NCBI GenBank assembly: GCA_016214565.1 | Contig: JACROE010000002.1 | Coordinates: 408,007-472,006, forward strand | From: Candidatus Kerfeldbacteria bacterium | Lineage (GTDB): Bacteria; Patescibacteriota; Patescibacteriia; UBA10025; JAHIVO01 | Length of the DNA: 64,000 bases | Direction of reading: 5' to 3' | Shown here: positions 28,437-38,341 of the stretch, in pieces | How the letters are laid out: every line of letters begins with the position of its first letter | How positions within the stretch are numbered: the first letter of the stretch is position 1 | Program-made: the position numbers and the translations under genes | The notes under the pieces: generated by a model | Database searches by the model: none | What the model saw: only the letters and a program-made list of their open reading frames with translations | What the model was told of the DNA's origin: nothing

Positions 28437-28799
28437 CTATGCGGTTTTTTTGTGTCGCGTCATCATCCACACCACCGCACCACCGAGTAAGAGCACCGCG
28501 GCAATAATGATAACCATGGCGTCAGTGGATGAAATTTCGCCGCGACTCTGAGCCGTGGCGCTGGTATTTGATGCTGTGCTGGCCGGCTGGGCAATTCGAT
28601 TATTCAAAACGCTCGAAGGCATTGTCTTGACTTCATTAATCGGAGCGCTATCACCCTGAGTGATTACGTCGGGGGTTTCACTGAAGAGGCCAGCGGCATC
28701 GGGCTCGCTCGTAAGTGCAAAGGCGGGCGTAGCGACTGAAACGAAACACCAGGCGATAACGAATGTACATACTAGAGTGCGAAAACGCATAAACTGCAA
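28437..28799 (-). CDS. Exported protein with signal peptide and C-terminal TM anchor
   Basis: AFA cleavage-like site, S/T/A/P-rich linker, C-terminal TM + RHKK tail. Confidence 0.65.
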   Translation of the reverse strand: MQFMRFRTLVCTFVIAWCFVSVATPAFALTSEPDAAGLFSETPDVITQGDSAPINEVKTMPSSVLNNRIAQPASTASNTSATAQSRGEISSTDAMVIIIAAVLLLGGAVVWMMTRHKKTA

Positions 28800-28922
28800 T
28801 ATGGCCTTAAAAATTCAATACATTGAATAATAAAAACCTTGAATTATTATTAGTATAGCATAGGTACGCCAAGCGTGCCTCCACCAAGTGACGGAGCCAG
28901 GTGTGGTACAATACACCTAACT

Positions 28923-29942
28923 ATGCGTATCTTAGGGATAGAAACAAGTTGCGACGAAACGGCTGTCAGCATTATCACGGGCAATCGCGGACGACTAAAA
29001 ATCGAAGCGCACGTCGTCTCCAGCCAAATCGCCACCCACCGGAAATACGGCGGCGTGGTGCCTGAAGTTGCCGCGCGACATCATGTGCACAACATGATCC
29101 CGGTCATCATGGAAGCCCTGCGCACGACGCACCGAACACCGGATGATATTGATGCCATTGCGGTGACGCGCGGTCCAGGTTTGATTACCTCCTTGCGGGT
29201 CGGCGTGCAAACCGCCAAGACCCTGAGCTATGTCTGGAATAAACCGCTGATCGGGGTCAATCATATGGAGGGGCACGTCTATGCAAACTGGTTAGACCAA
29301 TCAAACATTACTTTCCCCGTGCTCTGTCTGGTAGTATCAGGCGGACATACCCAGCTAATCCTGATGACCGACCATGGTCAATACCGATTGCTCGGACAAA
29401 CCAGAGATGATGCGGCCGGAGAAGCATTTGATAAAGTCGCTAAGATGCTCAAGCTGCCGTACCCCGGTGGGCCACGCATACAGAAACTCGCTGTTAAAGG
29501 GAATGCGCAGCGCTTCAACTTCCCTCGGCCGATGCTCAATCAAAACAATGATGACTTCAGTTTTGCCGGATTAAAGACTGCTGTGCTCACCGTGCTCACC
29601 AACCACTATCAATCAAAAAAACCGCCGCTGGCTGACATCTGCGCTTCATTTCAGCAGGCGGTCATCGATGTTCTGGTGCAAAAAACAATCCGCGCTGCCA
29701 ACCAATACCACACCAAAAGCGTCATCCTCGCTGGTGGAGTGGCGGCCAACCAACCGCTGCGCGAACAACTCAAACAAGCCGTCCGCACCCTGAACCCCCG
29801 TATCAAGTATGGCACTCCGCCGCTCTCACTCTGTACTGATAACGCGACAATGATTGCCATGGCCGGATATGCCCAGGCGCGTAAAAAACGGTTTGATGAC
29901 TGGCATACCATGGAAGCCGACCCCAATTGGGAACTCGTCTAA
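28923..29942 (+). CDS. tsaD: tRNA threonylcarbamoyltransferase TsaD
   Basis: ILGIETSCDET, GGVVPEVAAR.H, HMEGH, VSGGHT, DDAAGEAFDK, TDNA.MIA. Confidence 0.96.
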   Translation: MRILGIETSCDETAVSIITGNRGRLKIEAHVVSSQIATHRKYGGVVPEVAARHHVHNMIPVIMEALRTTHRTPDDIDAIAVTRGPGLITSLRVGVQTAKTLSYVWNKPLIGVNHMEGHVYANWLDQSNITFPVLCLVVSGGHTQLILMTDHGQYRLLGQTRDDAAGEAFDKVAKMLKLPYPGGPRIQKLAVKGNAQRFNFPRPMLNQNNDDFSFAGLKTAVLTVLTNHYQSKKPPLADICASFQQAVIDVLVQKTIRAANQYHTKSVILAGGVAANQPLREQLKQAVRTLNPRIKYGTPPLSLCTDNATMIAMAGYAQARKKRFDDWHTMEADPNWELV

Positions 29943-29969
29943 TGGCTGATTTTCGGGTACACTGTATAC

Positions 29970-32492
29970 ATGAAACCCCTGGAAAAAGCCTACGAACCAC
30001 AATCAATTGAACAAGCCATCTATCAGCGCTGGGAGCGGTCAGGATTTTTTAATCCTGACAAATTGCCGGGTAAACGCACCAAGACATTTAGCGTAGCCAT
30101 GCCCCCGCCAAACGTGACTGGGGAATTGCATCTGGGGCATGCTACCGGCATCACCATCCAGGACATTTTGACGCGATTCTACCGGATGCGTGGGTACAAA
30201 GCGCTCTATCTGCCGGGCACTGACCACGCTGGTATCTCTACGCAGGTAATGGTAGAACGTCTCATCGCAGAGTCAGGGCTTGACCGACACACCCTGGGGC
30301 GTGAGGCATTCCTGAAGCACGTCTGGGATTGGAAGAAAAAATACGGCAGCCGCATTACCGAGCAAATCCGCCAGCTCGGCGCCTCGTGCGATTGGTCACG
30401 CGAACATTTCACCATGGATCCTAAGCTTACCGAGGCAGTTCAGCATGCCTTTATCACCATGTATAAGGACGGACTTATCTATCGCGGAAATCGAATTGTG
30501 AACTGGGATCCAAAAAGCCGAACCGCGCTGTCCGATCTGGAAGTAAAACACGTCGAAACAACCAGTAAGCTCTACTACATCAAATATCCTCTCTTTGGCA
30601 GTACCAAATATGTAACCGTCGCCACGACTCGTCCTGAAACTATGCTTGGCGATACCGCGGTCGCCGTTAATCCCGATGATGCGCGATACAAAGAGTACAT
30701 CGGTAAAAGTGTGCTGATCCCTATCGTTAATCGCGAAGTGCCGATCATCACCGACAAACGCGTTGACCCAGCTTTTGGCACTGGCGCGGTCAAAGTTACT
30801 CCCGCCCATGACCCGCTGGATTATGAAATCGGCCAGGACCATCATCTCCCCATCATCAATATTATTGGCATGGATGGCATGCTCACAAAAGAAGCGGGGG
30901 AATATTATGGCAAAAGCGTTCAGCAAGCACGCCAACTTATTATTCAACGTTTAGACGAGGAAGAATTGCTGGAAAAAACTATTGATTACCTGCACAATCA
31001 AGCCCGATCCGAACGAACCAGCGCTCCGATTGAACCGCTCATCTCTCGCCAATGGTTTGTCAAAATGGATAAACTCGCCGCAGCTGGACTGCGCGCAGTC
31101 AAACAGAAAAAAATCGCCATCATCCCTGACCGATTTGATAAAGTCTACACGCACTGGCTGGAAAATATCAAAGACTGGTGTATTTCCCGACAATTATGGT
31201 GGGGTCATCAAATCCCGATTTGGTACAAAGGCGACGAGGTGCGTGCTTCAATCAAAAAACCAGGAAATGGCTGGGTGCAAGACGAGGACACATTGGACAC
31301 CTGGTTCTCTTCGGGACTCTGGACCTTTGCCACCTTAGGCTGGCCGAAGCGCGGGACGGCTGACCTCAAGCGCTATCATCCCACCACGGTCATGGAAACC
31401 GGCTGGGATCTAATTTTCTTCTGGGTAGCACGCATGATTATGCTGAGCCTGTACTTCACTAAATCAATTCCCTTCAAAACAGTGTACCTGCACGGCATGG
31501 TACTGGATAAAGACGGCAAAAAAATGTCCAAGTCAAAAGGTACGGGCGTTGATCCAATCCCCATGACCCAAAAGTACGGCACTGACGCCATTCGCTTATC
31601 ACTCATACTGGGCACGACGCCCGGACAAGACTTCCGTCTCTACGAAGAAAAGATTGCTGGCTACCGAAATTTCATCAATAAGCTGTGGAACGTTGCGCGG
31701 TATGTATTGGCACATCCGAAGACGAAGGAACCACTGCGCCTGACGACCTTAGCTGACCAATGGATTATGAGCCGGCTCCAGGGATTAATCACCACCGTGA
31801 CTACCCACATCGAATCGTACAACTTTTCGGAAGCCGGCACCGCACTCTATGACTTCCTCTGGCGCGAGTTGGCTGATTGGTACATTGAGCTTTCGAAATC
31901 TCATCTAAACGTTCCGCTGCTCTACCATATCCTGGAAACGTTTCTCGCGTTAGCCCACCCCTACATGCCCTATGTGACCGAGGAGGTTTGGTCGAGATTA
32001 TCGGGCACCGAAAAAAAATCTATGCTCATCGTACACGCCTGGCCTCAGGCTCAACGCCGCTACCACAATACTGAAGCAGAAAAAAAATTCACCACCCTTC
32101 AGGACTTCGTCGGCAGCATTAGAAATATTCGCGCTGAAGAGAAAATATCGCCCACCACACTCATTGATGCGGTGATTAGCGGTAAGCGCCAGTCAGTCAT
32201 TATTGAGCATCAGGAAAGTATTATGCGCCTGGCTCGATTAAAATCACTCACGGCCAGCCCCATTACCAAACCAACGGGAACCATCACCGGTCTTGATTTT
32301 GCCTTAGATTATACCCGTGACGACACCTCAATCAACAAAGAACTGCATCAATTATCAGAATACATTCAGCGCTTAGAACAAAAGCTCTCGAATGCTAATT
32401 TCATTGACCATGCCCCGGAAGCGGTCATTGAGGGAGAGCGGGAAAAATTAGCCGAAGCGCGAGAACGGCTTCAGTCTTTGACTCGCGGTTAG
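29970..32492 (+). CDS. valS: Valine--tRNA ligase
   Basis: PPPNVTGELHLGH, ATTRPET, DWCISRQLWWGH, DTWFSS, KMSKS. Confidence 0.97.
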   Translation: MKPLEKAYEPQSIEQAIYQRWERSGFFNPDKLPGKRTKTFSVAMPPPNVTGELHLGHATGITIQDILTRFYRMRGYKALYLPGTDHAGISTQVMVERLIAESGLDRHTLGREAFLKHVWDWKKKYGSRITEQIRQLGASCDWSREHFTMDPKLTEAVQHAFITMYKDGLIYRGNRIVNWDPKSRTALSDLEVKHVETTSKLYYIKYPLFGSTKYVTVATTRPETMLGDTAVAVNPDDARYKEYIGKSVLIPIVNREVPIITDKRVDPAFGTGAVKVTPAHDPLDYEIGQDHHLPIINIIGMDGMLTKEAGEYYGKSVQQARQLIIQRLDEEELLEKTIDYLHNQARSERTSAPIEPLISRQWFVKMDKLAAAGLRAVKQKKIAIIPDRFDKVYTHWLENIKDWCISRQLWWGHQIPIWYKGDEVRASIKKPGNGWVQDEDTLDTWFSSGLWTFATLGWPKRGTADLKRYHPTTVMETGWDLIFFWVARMIMLSLYFTKSIPFKTVYLHGMVLDKDGKKMSKSKGTGVDPIPMTQKYGTDAIRLSLILGTTPGQDFRLYEEKIAGYRNFINKLWNVARYVLAHPKTKEPLRLTTLADQWIMSRLQGLITTVTTHIESYNFSEAGTALYDFLWRELADWYIELSKSHLNVPLLYHILETFLALAHPYMPYVTEEVWSRLSGTEKKSMLIVHAWPQAQRRYHNTEAEKKFTTLQDFVGSIRNIRAEEKISPTTLIDAVISGKRQSVIIEHQESIMRLARLKSLTASPITKPTGTITGLDFALDYTRDDTSINKELHQLSEYIQRLEQKLSNANFIDHAPEAVIEGEREKLAEARERLQSLTRG

Positions 32493-32502
32493 GGAGCGGC
32501 TC

Positions 32503-32700
32503 CTACTTACGCGCCCGGGCGGACCGACCCAGGTCTTCTTTGCTCATTCCATGATAATCCCGACCCTCATGGAATGCTTGATTATGTTTCCGCTCTTCTT
32601 CCCATCGATCACGCGCTTCATGCTGCTCTCGAACTTTTTCCGAGGCCTGCGCCTGGATTCGATGGATTTCTCGCTCACTGATGGAACCAAATTCGCCCAT
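32503..32700 (-). CDS. Small charged hypothetical protein
   Basis: 65 aa ORF filling the gap downstream of the second PilB-like gene. Confidence 0.55.
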   Translation of the reverse strand: MGEFGSISEREIHRIQAQASEKVREQHEARDRWEEERKHNQAFHEGRDYHGMSKEDLGRSARARK

Positions 32701-32720
32701 ATTTTTTTATGGTTAGTTGC

Positions 32721-34514
32721 TTATTTGGTGACTTTGAATACTTCATCGATTGTGGTAATGCCCTGCAAAGCCTTGAGAATGCCATCCTGCTGCATAGTTA
32801 ACATACCCGCCTTGTGACCCTCTTCTTTAAGGGCGTATTCAGAAACCTTGCCTGACAAGATCAGTTGTTCAATATTTGGATTCATAGTCAGCATTTCAAA
32901 TATACCGATACGTCCACGAAACCCGGTTTCATGGTTTTCCGGTGTTGGGATACCCCGATAAAATTTCAGATGCTGTGAATCGACGTTTCTCCGCATCTCC
33001 TGCGGAATGGATTCAAGCACTTGATGCACCAATTCAAGCTGGGCCGCTTCAGGCGTATATTCCTCCTTATGCGCCGGGTCAATCCGACGAACCAGCCGCT
33101 GACCGATTAATAAATTCAAAGCGGGTGCTAAGAGAAATGGTCGGACATTCATCGCCAACAACCGCGGGATGGCTCCGGCGGCGCTATTCGTGTGCAGCGT
33201 TGAAAGCATGAGATGCCCGGTCAAAGCTGCCTGAATGGCAATTTCTGCCGTTTCTTGATCTCGAATTTCACCGACCATCACAATGTCGGGATCTTGGCGT
33301 AAGACCGCCCGCAGTCCAGTGGCAAACGTAAACTGCTGCCGGCCGGTCGTTCCCGACTTCAATAAAGTACGGATGTCTTCTTTTTCGCCCGATTGCTCGC
33401 CGCCCTGCACTTGGCTCTGGGTCACACCCTTCAAACGATATTCAATCGGGTTTTCCAGAGTAATTATTTTTGATTCTGGGCTGTTCAATTTTTTTAATAT
33501 CGCATACAGCGTCGTCGTTTTACCAGAGCCAGTGGGGCCAGTCGTGATAATCATGCCATTCGGTCGGCTCATTTCTCGAATCAATATGTCGTAGGCGGGA
33601 CCAACCAAGCCCATGCCGTCCAGTCCAATGCCGGTGGATGATGACATAAGCAACCGCATCACAATACTTTCGCCATACGCGCTCGGTACTGTCGATACAC
33701 GCACGTCAATAAAATCATTCGTCATGAAGATGGTAAACCGACCGTCTTGGGGGATATCTGAAACGTTTATTTTTAGTTTGGCCAATAATTTCACTCGATT
33801 AATCACCTTGGGCCACATCTTCTTCTGCAACATGGCAGCGTCATACAACACGCCATCAACGCGAAATCGAACCTTGACGTCATCTTGCTCTGCTTCGATA
33901 TGCACATCCGATGCCTGGGACTGGATAGCGGTGGCCATGATGATGGTAAATAGGTCGCTGGTAGAGACATGCTGGATCTTTTCCTGAAGCTCACGGAATG
34001 ATTTTATGTCTCGTTGGTATTTCTTCAAATCCTCCTCCTTAATCTCAATACCAGCCACGTACGTGCGTGGGCGGGGGAGGGCGGCATACAGCTTCAATGC
34101 TGCATCCAAGCTAAGTGCGGACAACGCATATAAATCACCATGACACTGTGTTTCTTCCTGAATGGCATCAAATTTTTTCTGCACTTCGGGATCGAGAGGA
34201 TTAATCGCTCCCAAACGAAATTCGCGGTCAGTCTTAAAAAAACAGACCGCCTGCAACGATCGGGCCACGTCTTCATCTATCAAGATAAGAGCTTCAGGCG
34301 CAATCGGGAACCCTTTCAGGTTAATATATCCGACGCCCATTCGCTGCGCCTCTTCCTGAGTTGCCTCCTCTTTCCTCTTGGCTTCAATTTCATGAATCTT
34401 TGATTTCAATTTTTCTTCAACCTCTTCAGATGAAACCTGTGGGGCGCCATCGTGAGATTGACGAATCAAGTCATCAATACTTCGCTCATGTTTTGAAGTA
34501 ATATCCTGGTTCAT
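32721..34514 (-). CDS. Second GspE/PilB-family ATPase
   Basis: GPTGSGKTT, LRQDPDIVMVGEIRD, LSTLHTN, GRIGIFE; likely start MNQDI. Confidence 0.9.
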   Translation of the reverse strand: MNQDITSKHERSIDDLIRQSHDGAPQVSSEEVEEKLKSKIHEIEAKRKEEATQEEAQRMGVGYINLKGFPIAPEALILIDEDVARSLQAVCFFKTDREFRLGAINPLDPEVQKKFDAIQEETQCHGDLYALSALSLDAALKLYAALPRPRTYVAGIEIKEEDLKKYQRDIKSFRELQEKIQHVSTSDLFTIIMATAIQSQASDVHIEAEQDDVKVRFRVDGVLYDAAMLQKKMWPKVINRVKLLAKLKINVSDIPQDGRFTIFMTNDFIDVRVSTVPSAYGESIVMRLLMSSSTGIGLDGMGLVGPAYDILIREMSRPNGMIITTGPTGSGKTTTLYAILKKLNSPESKIITLENPIEYRLKGVTQSQVQGGEQSGEKEDIRTLLKSGTTGRQQFTFATGLRAVLRQDPDIVMVGEIRDQETAEIAIQAALTGHLMLSTLHTNSAAGAIPRLLAMNVRPFLLAPALNLLIGQRLVRRIDPAHKEEYTPEAAQLELVHQVLESIPQEMRRNVDSQHLKFYRGIPTPENHETGFRGRIGIFEMLTMNPNIEQLILSGKVSEYALKEEGHKAGMLTMQQDGILKALQGITTIDEVFKVTK

Positions 34515-34577
34515 ACCCACGCAGTATACCAAAAAAGAGTCTCTGGGTAAACGGACACCTATTCGCTTTTCACCACT

Positions 34578-35723
34578 CTATGAGCGGCTCTGTAAGAATT
34601 TTTTTGCAATGTCAACGACGATGCGCTCGCCAGCGAGCAAATCGGGTTGAGGAACTGAAAAACGAGTAAAATTGCGCGTGCCAGTGGGGTGATACTCTTT
34701 GTACATGGTCATCCCATCGATCGCTTTGACCGTGCTCACGATGACGCCGACGCGCTCACCGTCTTCGAAAAGCACGAGAACTATTTCCGCGTCAGGAGTA
34801 TTCACAATCAACTCATCAACCACGCCGTCTAATTCACTCGAACCTGCTCCTGATTTCTCAAAATCTTGTTTATTCAATAATGACCAGACCACCCGGCCGT
34901 TCAAATCGGTTTTGAGGCGAGCTAAAGCGCGACCCCACAAACGGAGGGTATTGATTGATTTCGTTTGGTACAAATTTTTGATAACTGCTTCTCGCCGTGC
35001 GCCATTTTCAATCAAGTGACTGCTGATAGCCAATGATTTTGGCGTGACGGTAGTTGTTTGGAAGCTCTTAGTCTTCGAAATGATACCGGCTAAAAGATTG
35101 GTAGCAATGAACTCGTCTAAAATATTATTTTTCAATTCGCGCAGGAGCTCAAATATAATCTCCGACGTGGAGGTCGCGACGAGATCAACAATATTTATTT
35201 CCCCAAAATATTCATTGGCCGGATTATGATCAATATTAATGATCGGGGTGTGATAAAAGAACTCGGTATTCTGATCGTATAATTTACCTAAACTCTCAAG
35301 CTCCGGCGCGTCAATCACAATGATCAAATCAAATTCATACGATGAGGCTGAAGACGTCACGTCCCGCGCTTCAAAAAAACCGCTCTTCGGCGTAATGAAA
35401 ATATCGAGTCGCTTTTGGTCATTGCTGAAGTCATAACTCAGCTCTTCGACAGGCGTACGAGAAACATCCAATGAAATAATAAACTTTCGCAATGCCGTCA
35501 GATCAGAATGAATCGCCTCGCTTTTCGGTAAAAATTGGTGCGACGCCGGCACGCGAAAATCACTCGCGACAACAACCGAATTCTTTTTCATTTTTTCCAA
35601 AGCTAAATGAAGCCCCAGTCCAGCGGCAACGGCGTCGGTCGACGGATTAATTGGCAAAGCAATAACAATGTTAGTGCTTTTATGTAATACGTCAGCAGCT
35701 TGTTGATGCGTAGATCGTTCCAT
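34578..35723 (-). CDS. DHH-family (NrnA-like) protein with degenerate motifs
   Basis: PSTDAVAAGL, IVIDA, INIDHNPAN..FG.IN.VD..A.STSEI. Confidence 0.75.
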   Translation of the reverse strand: MERSTHQQAADVLHKSTNIVIALPINPSTDAVAAGLGLHLALEKMKKNSVVVASDFRVPASHQFLPKSEAIHSDLTALRKFIISLDVSRTPVEELSYDFSNDQKRLDIFITPKSGFFEARDVTSSASSYEFDLIIVIDAPELESLGKLYDQNTEFFYHTPIINIDHNPANEYFGEINIVDLVATSTSEIIFELLRELKNNILDEFIATNLLAGIISKTKSFQTTTVTPKSLAISSHLIENGARREAVIKNLYQTKSINTLRLWGRALARLKTDLNGRVVWSLLNKQDFEKSGAGSSELDGVVDELIVNTPDAEIVLVLFEDGERVGVIVSTVKAIDGMTMYKEYHPTGTRNFTRFSVPQPDLLAGERIVVDIAKKFLQSRS

Positions 35724-35901
35724 ACTATCAATACAATAGATAACCCATCCTCAATCAGGATGTGTTCTGTAGCGCGCAAATGATACCCTGTCCAACTGGG
35801 AAAAAGTCTCAGATGTGCATCACAGAAATCAATTGAGTATACTGGGCAGGCAGTTGCCTGTCAAGCTTGGCGGGCAGTATATTCTACCGTACAATACGAC
35901 T

Positions 35902-36348
35902 ATGCAAAAAATTACAAAATCGGTAGCCGAAACGAAGAAATTTGCTGAAACCTTAGCAAAAAAATGTCGTGGGGGAGAGATCTATGCGCTGATCGGCACC
36001 CTGGGGAGCGGCAAAACCGCCTTTACCCAAGGTTTTGCCCGTGGCCTTGGGATACGACGACATATCCCCAGTCCAACCTTTACCTTGCTAAATCTTTACC
36101 CGATTGCCCGACGGGGGCGGCTGGCCTATTTTTGCCATGTCGACCTATACCGGCTGCGTCATATCACCGAGCTATCAGAAATCGGCCTCAGCGAATGGTT
36201 GGGGAGGGCTGACACCGTCACCGTGATCGAATGGGCGGATCGGATGAGTCAATCACTTCGCCATGCGTCCCATATCAGCATCCAATTCCGGGTACGGAGC
36301 GAATCATCTCGAACGCTGCTCCTCCAGCGCCACCACGCCCGTGCCTAA
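35902..36348 (+). CDS. tsaE: t6A biosynthesis ATPase TsaE
   Basis: G.LGSGKT.F, SPTFTL, HVDLYRL, VIEWAD. Confidence 0.93.
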   Translation: MQKITKSVAETKKFAETLAKKCRGGEIYALIGTLGSGKTAFTQGFARGLGIRRHIPSPTFTLLNLYPIARRGRLAYFCHVDLYRLRHITELSEIGLSEWLGRADTVTVIEWADRMSQSLRHASHISIQFRVRSESSRTLLLQRHHARA

Positions 36349-36650
36349 ATAGGGGCCGAGGCCTCGGTGGCAGCGCGCACCGGCGTCGTCGTATCATCAA
36401 CGACCATCTTTTTTTTCGTAACTGAAATTACCTGGCTCGGTGCGACTAATAACTCGGTGTTGTCCAGCAAGCTGCCGAGTAAATCTGTGCGCCGCACCAC
36501 ATAATGCTGAACCTGATGCGCATTCATATCAAGCTGCACATCGACTACAGTGCCGAGGTGCGTGCCTGATTTAGTATACACCGGCAAATCACGAAGTTGT
36601 TTTGTGCTCCAGCGTTGTTCCATTGGTTTGGTCTCCGGACGGGGATGCAT
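36345..36650 (-). CDS. PRC-barrel domain protein
   Basis: LPVYTKSGTHLGTVVDV pattern. Confidence 0.75.
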   Translation of the reverse strand: MHPRPETKPMEQRWSTKQLRDLPVYTKSGTHLGTVVDVQLDMNAHQVQHYVVRRTDLLGSLLDNTELLVAPSQVISVTKKKMVVDDTTTPVRAATEASAPI

Positions 36651-37389
36651 GATGCCGCTTTAAAACAAAATACTGTTGCGCGATAGTGAAGAGAGTGGAT
36701 ACGAGCCAATAGAGCGTCAGTCCGGCGGGGAACTGGATGCCGAAGAAAACTGTCACGGCGGGGAGAACGTAGCGCATTTGCTTATTCATACTGGCCGTCA
36801 TGCTTTCATCCTTCGCACCAGGCACGGCAGGCGGCTGTTTGCGGCTTAACATATTTGATTGGAAGAAGGTGGCCAAGCCCGCAATTATAGCGAGAGCCCA
36901 ATTTTTCGTCTGCGACAAATCAATAAAACCAAGAAATTGAGAATTGATTGCCTTGCTGGTAAAGATATCGCGCATCGGCCCGTATAAATGTTCTAATTGC
37001 TCTGCCATCAAGATATGCGTCGTCGGATCAGTCTGGGACACGGCGAGAAACGCTCGATACAAAGCAATAAGTATGGGTAATTGAATCAACAACGGCAAAC
37101 ATGAAGAAAGGGGGTTAACCTTGTTCTCCTTATAAAACTTCATGGTTTGTCGGCCCAGCTCTTCTCGATCATTTTTATACTTTTGCTGTAGCGCCTGTAA
37201 TTGCGGCTGGGTTTCTTGCAATCGCTTTTGGGCTACAATCGACGAACGGGAAGGGAAATACAGGATGCCTTTGATCAGTAGGGTCAATAAAATAATTGCC
37301 GCCCCCAGATTAGGGATGTAATGATAAATAAAAACAAGGGCGTTCAGTATCGGTTCGAGTAAAATGAGATTAAATATGTCTCCAATCAT
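36589..37389 (-). CDS. yidC: Membrane insertase YidC/Oxa1 (short form)
   Basis: G.AIILLT, FYKENKVNPLSSCLPLLIQLPI, PAGLTLYW; synteny. Confidence 0.93.
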   Translation of the reverse strand: MIGDIFNLILLEPILNALVFIYHYIPNLGAAIILLTLLIKGILYFPSRSSIVAQKRLQETQPQLQALQQKYKNDREELGRQTMKFYKENKVNPLSSCLPLLIQLPILIALYRAFLAVSQTDPTTHILMAEQLEHLYGPMRDIFTSKAINSQFLGFIDLSQTKNWALAIIAGLATFFQSNMLSRKQPPAVPGAKDESMTASMNKQMRYVLPAVTVFFGIQFPAGLTLYWLVSTLFTIAQQYFVLKRHHASPSGDQTNGTTLEHKTTS

Positions 37390-37409
37390 GAAGGTAGCAA
37401 ATAAATTAA

Positions 37410-37652
37410 TTATCGGTCGGGGACGGGGTCATGGCCTGGTTCGTGCCAGGGGTTGCATCGCAAAATTCGCCGCATACCCAGCCAACTGCCGCGCCACAGG
37501 CCATGGCGGGAAATAGACCGGTGGGTATATTCCGAGCAGCTCGGATACAGTCGGCAATACCCGTACGGATGCCGGTAGGAAAACCACCCATGATCGGGTG
37601 AGATCGTGCGCTGATACAAGCGAATTAATGATAAGACAAGGGTAGACATCAT
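37410..37652 (-). CDS. yidD: Membrane protein insertion efficiency factor YidD
   Basis: YQRTISP, CRLYPSCSEY, RILRCNPW..G.DPVP. Confidence 0.93.
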   Translation of the reverse strand: MMSTLVLSLIRLYQRTISPDHGWFSYRHPYGYCRLYPSCSEYTHRSISRHGLWRGSWLGMRRILRCNPWHEPGHDPVPDR

Positions 37653-37655
37653 AGA

Positions 37656-38000
37656 TTAACGATTGAGCAGGCGGCCGCGATGGAGCAGGGTACGAACGGT
37701 TTGCTGCAACAGCGAGGCGGACATTGTCGCGCTCGGTGTACGCGCAATAAAGATAATATCATACCCGCTTTTCACGGTTGGGCGTTCAGCAGCCACAAAA
37801 GCTCGGAGCCGGCGCTTCACTTGATTGCGCACGGTGGCCTGCTTGCTTACCTTGACGCCAACAATAAACCCAAAACGTGTGTGGGGTCGATGGGTCTCCT
37901 GAAATTTCATTACCAGTGCTCGGCTATGAACGGCGACACCGCGTCGGTGTAAGCGATCCCAGTCAGCACGACGGGCAATGCGCAGTGGACGCGGCAACAT
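37656..38000 (-). CDS. rnpA: Ribonuclease P protein component
   Basis: RFGFIVG.KVSK.A.VRN.VKRRLR. Confidence 0.93.
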   Translation of the reverse strand: MLPRPLRIARRADWDRLHRRGVAVHSRALVMKFQETHRPHTRFGFIVGVKVSKQATVRNQVKRRLRAFVAAERPTVKSGYDIIFIARTPSATMSASLLQQTVRTLLHRGRLLNR

Positions 38001-38021
38001 AGAGGCGCGAGTAGCTAGTAA

Positions 38022-38159
38022 TTAGCTGGACAACACCCGCCGACCGCGGCGGCGGCGGCGAACTAATATTTTCCGTCCGCCCACTCGTCGAGAACGATTG
38101 CGAAATCCATGAACACGGCTGTGGCGACGTTTTTTGGGTTGATAGGTACGTTTAGACAT
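38022..38159 (-). CDS. rpmH: 50S ribosomal protein L34 (not in ORF track)
   Basis: Manual translation [45 protein letters not shown]. Confidence 0.95.
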   Translation of the reverse strand: MSKRTYQPKKRRHSRVHGFRNRSRRVGGRKILVRRRRRGRRVLSS

Positions 38160-38197
38160 AAACAAAATATTCCTAAAGGGACAATAAGCTAGTCCTC

Positions 38198-38226
38198 AGT
38201 ATACCAGGGCACACTGCCTGGGTCAA
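38198..38226 (-). promoter_or_regulatory. rpmH operon promoter
   Basis: TTGACC-17nt-TATACT on the minus strand. Confidence 0.7.
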
Positions 38227-38236
38227 CGGAAAACCG

Positions 38237-38276
38237 CTATCCACTATTCATGCACAGGTTATGCACTTTATCCTCG
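38237..38276 (+). promoter_or_regulatory. Tandem degenerate DnaA boxes upstream of dnaA
   Basis: ctatccact, tcatgcaca, ttatgcact, ttatcctcg versus consensus TTATCCACA. Confidence 0.55.
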
Positions 38277-38341
38277 TGGGAGCGGGTTCTGCCAATCAAC
38301 GAACTATGGTACCATGAGTAAACATTTAGGAAGTTTTTTCT

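Noticed and set aside
38036-38062. (CGG)n microsatellite
   Set aside because: It is the poly-Arg codon run of rpmH.
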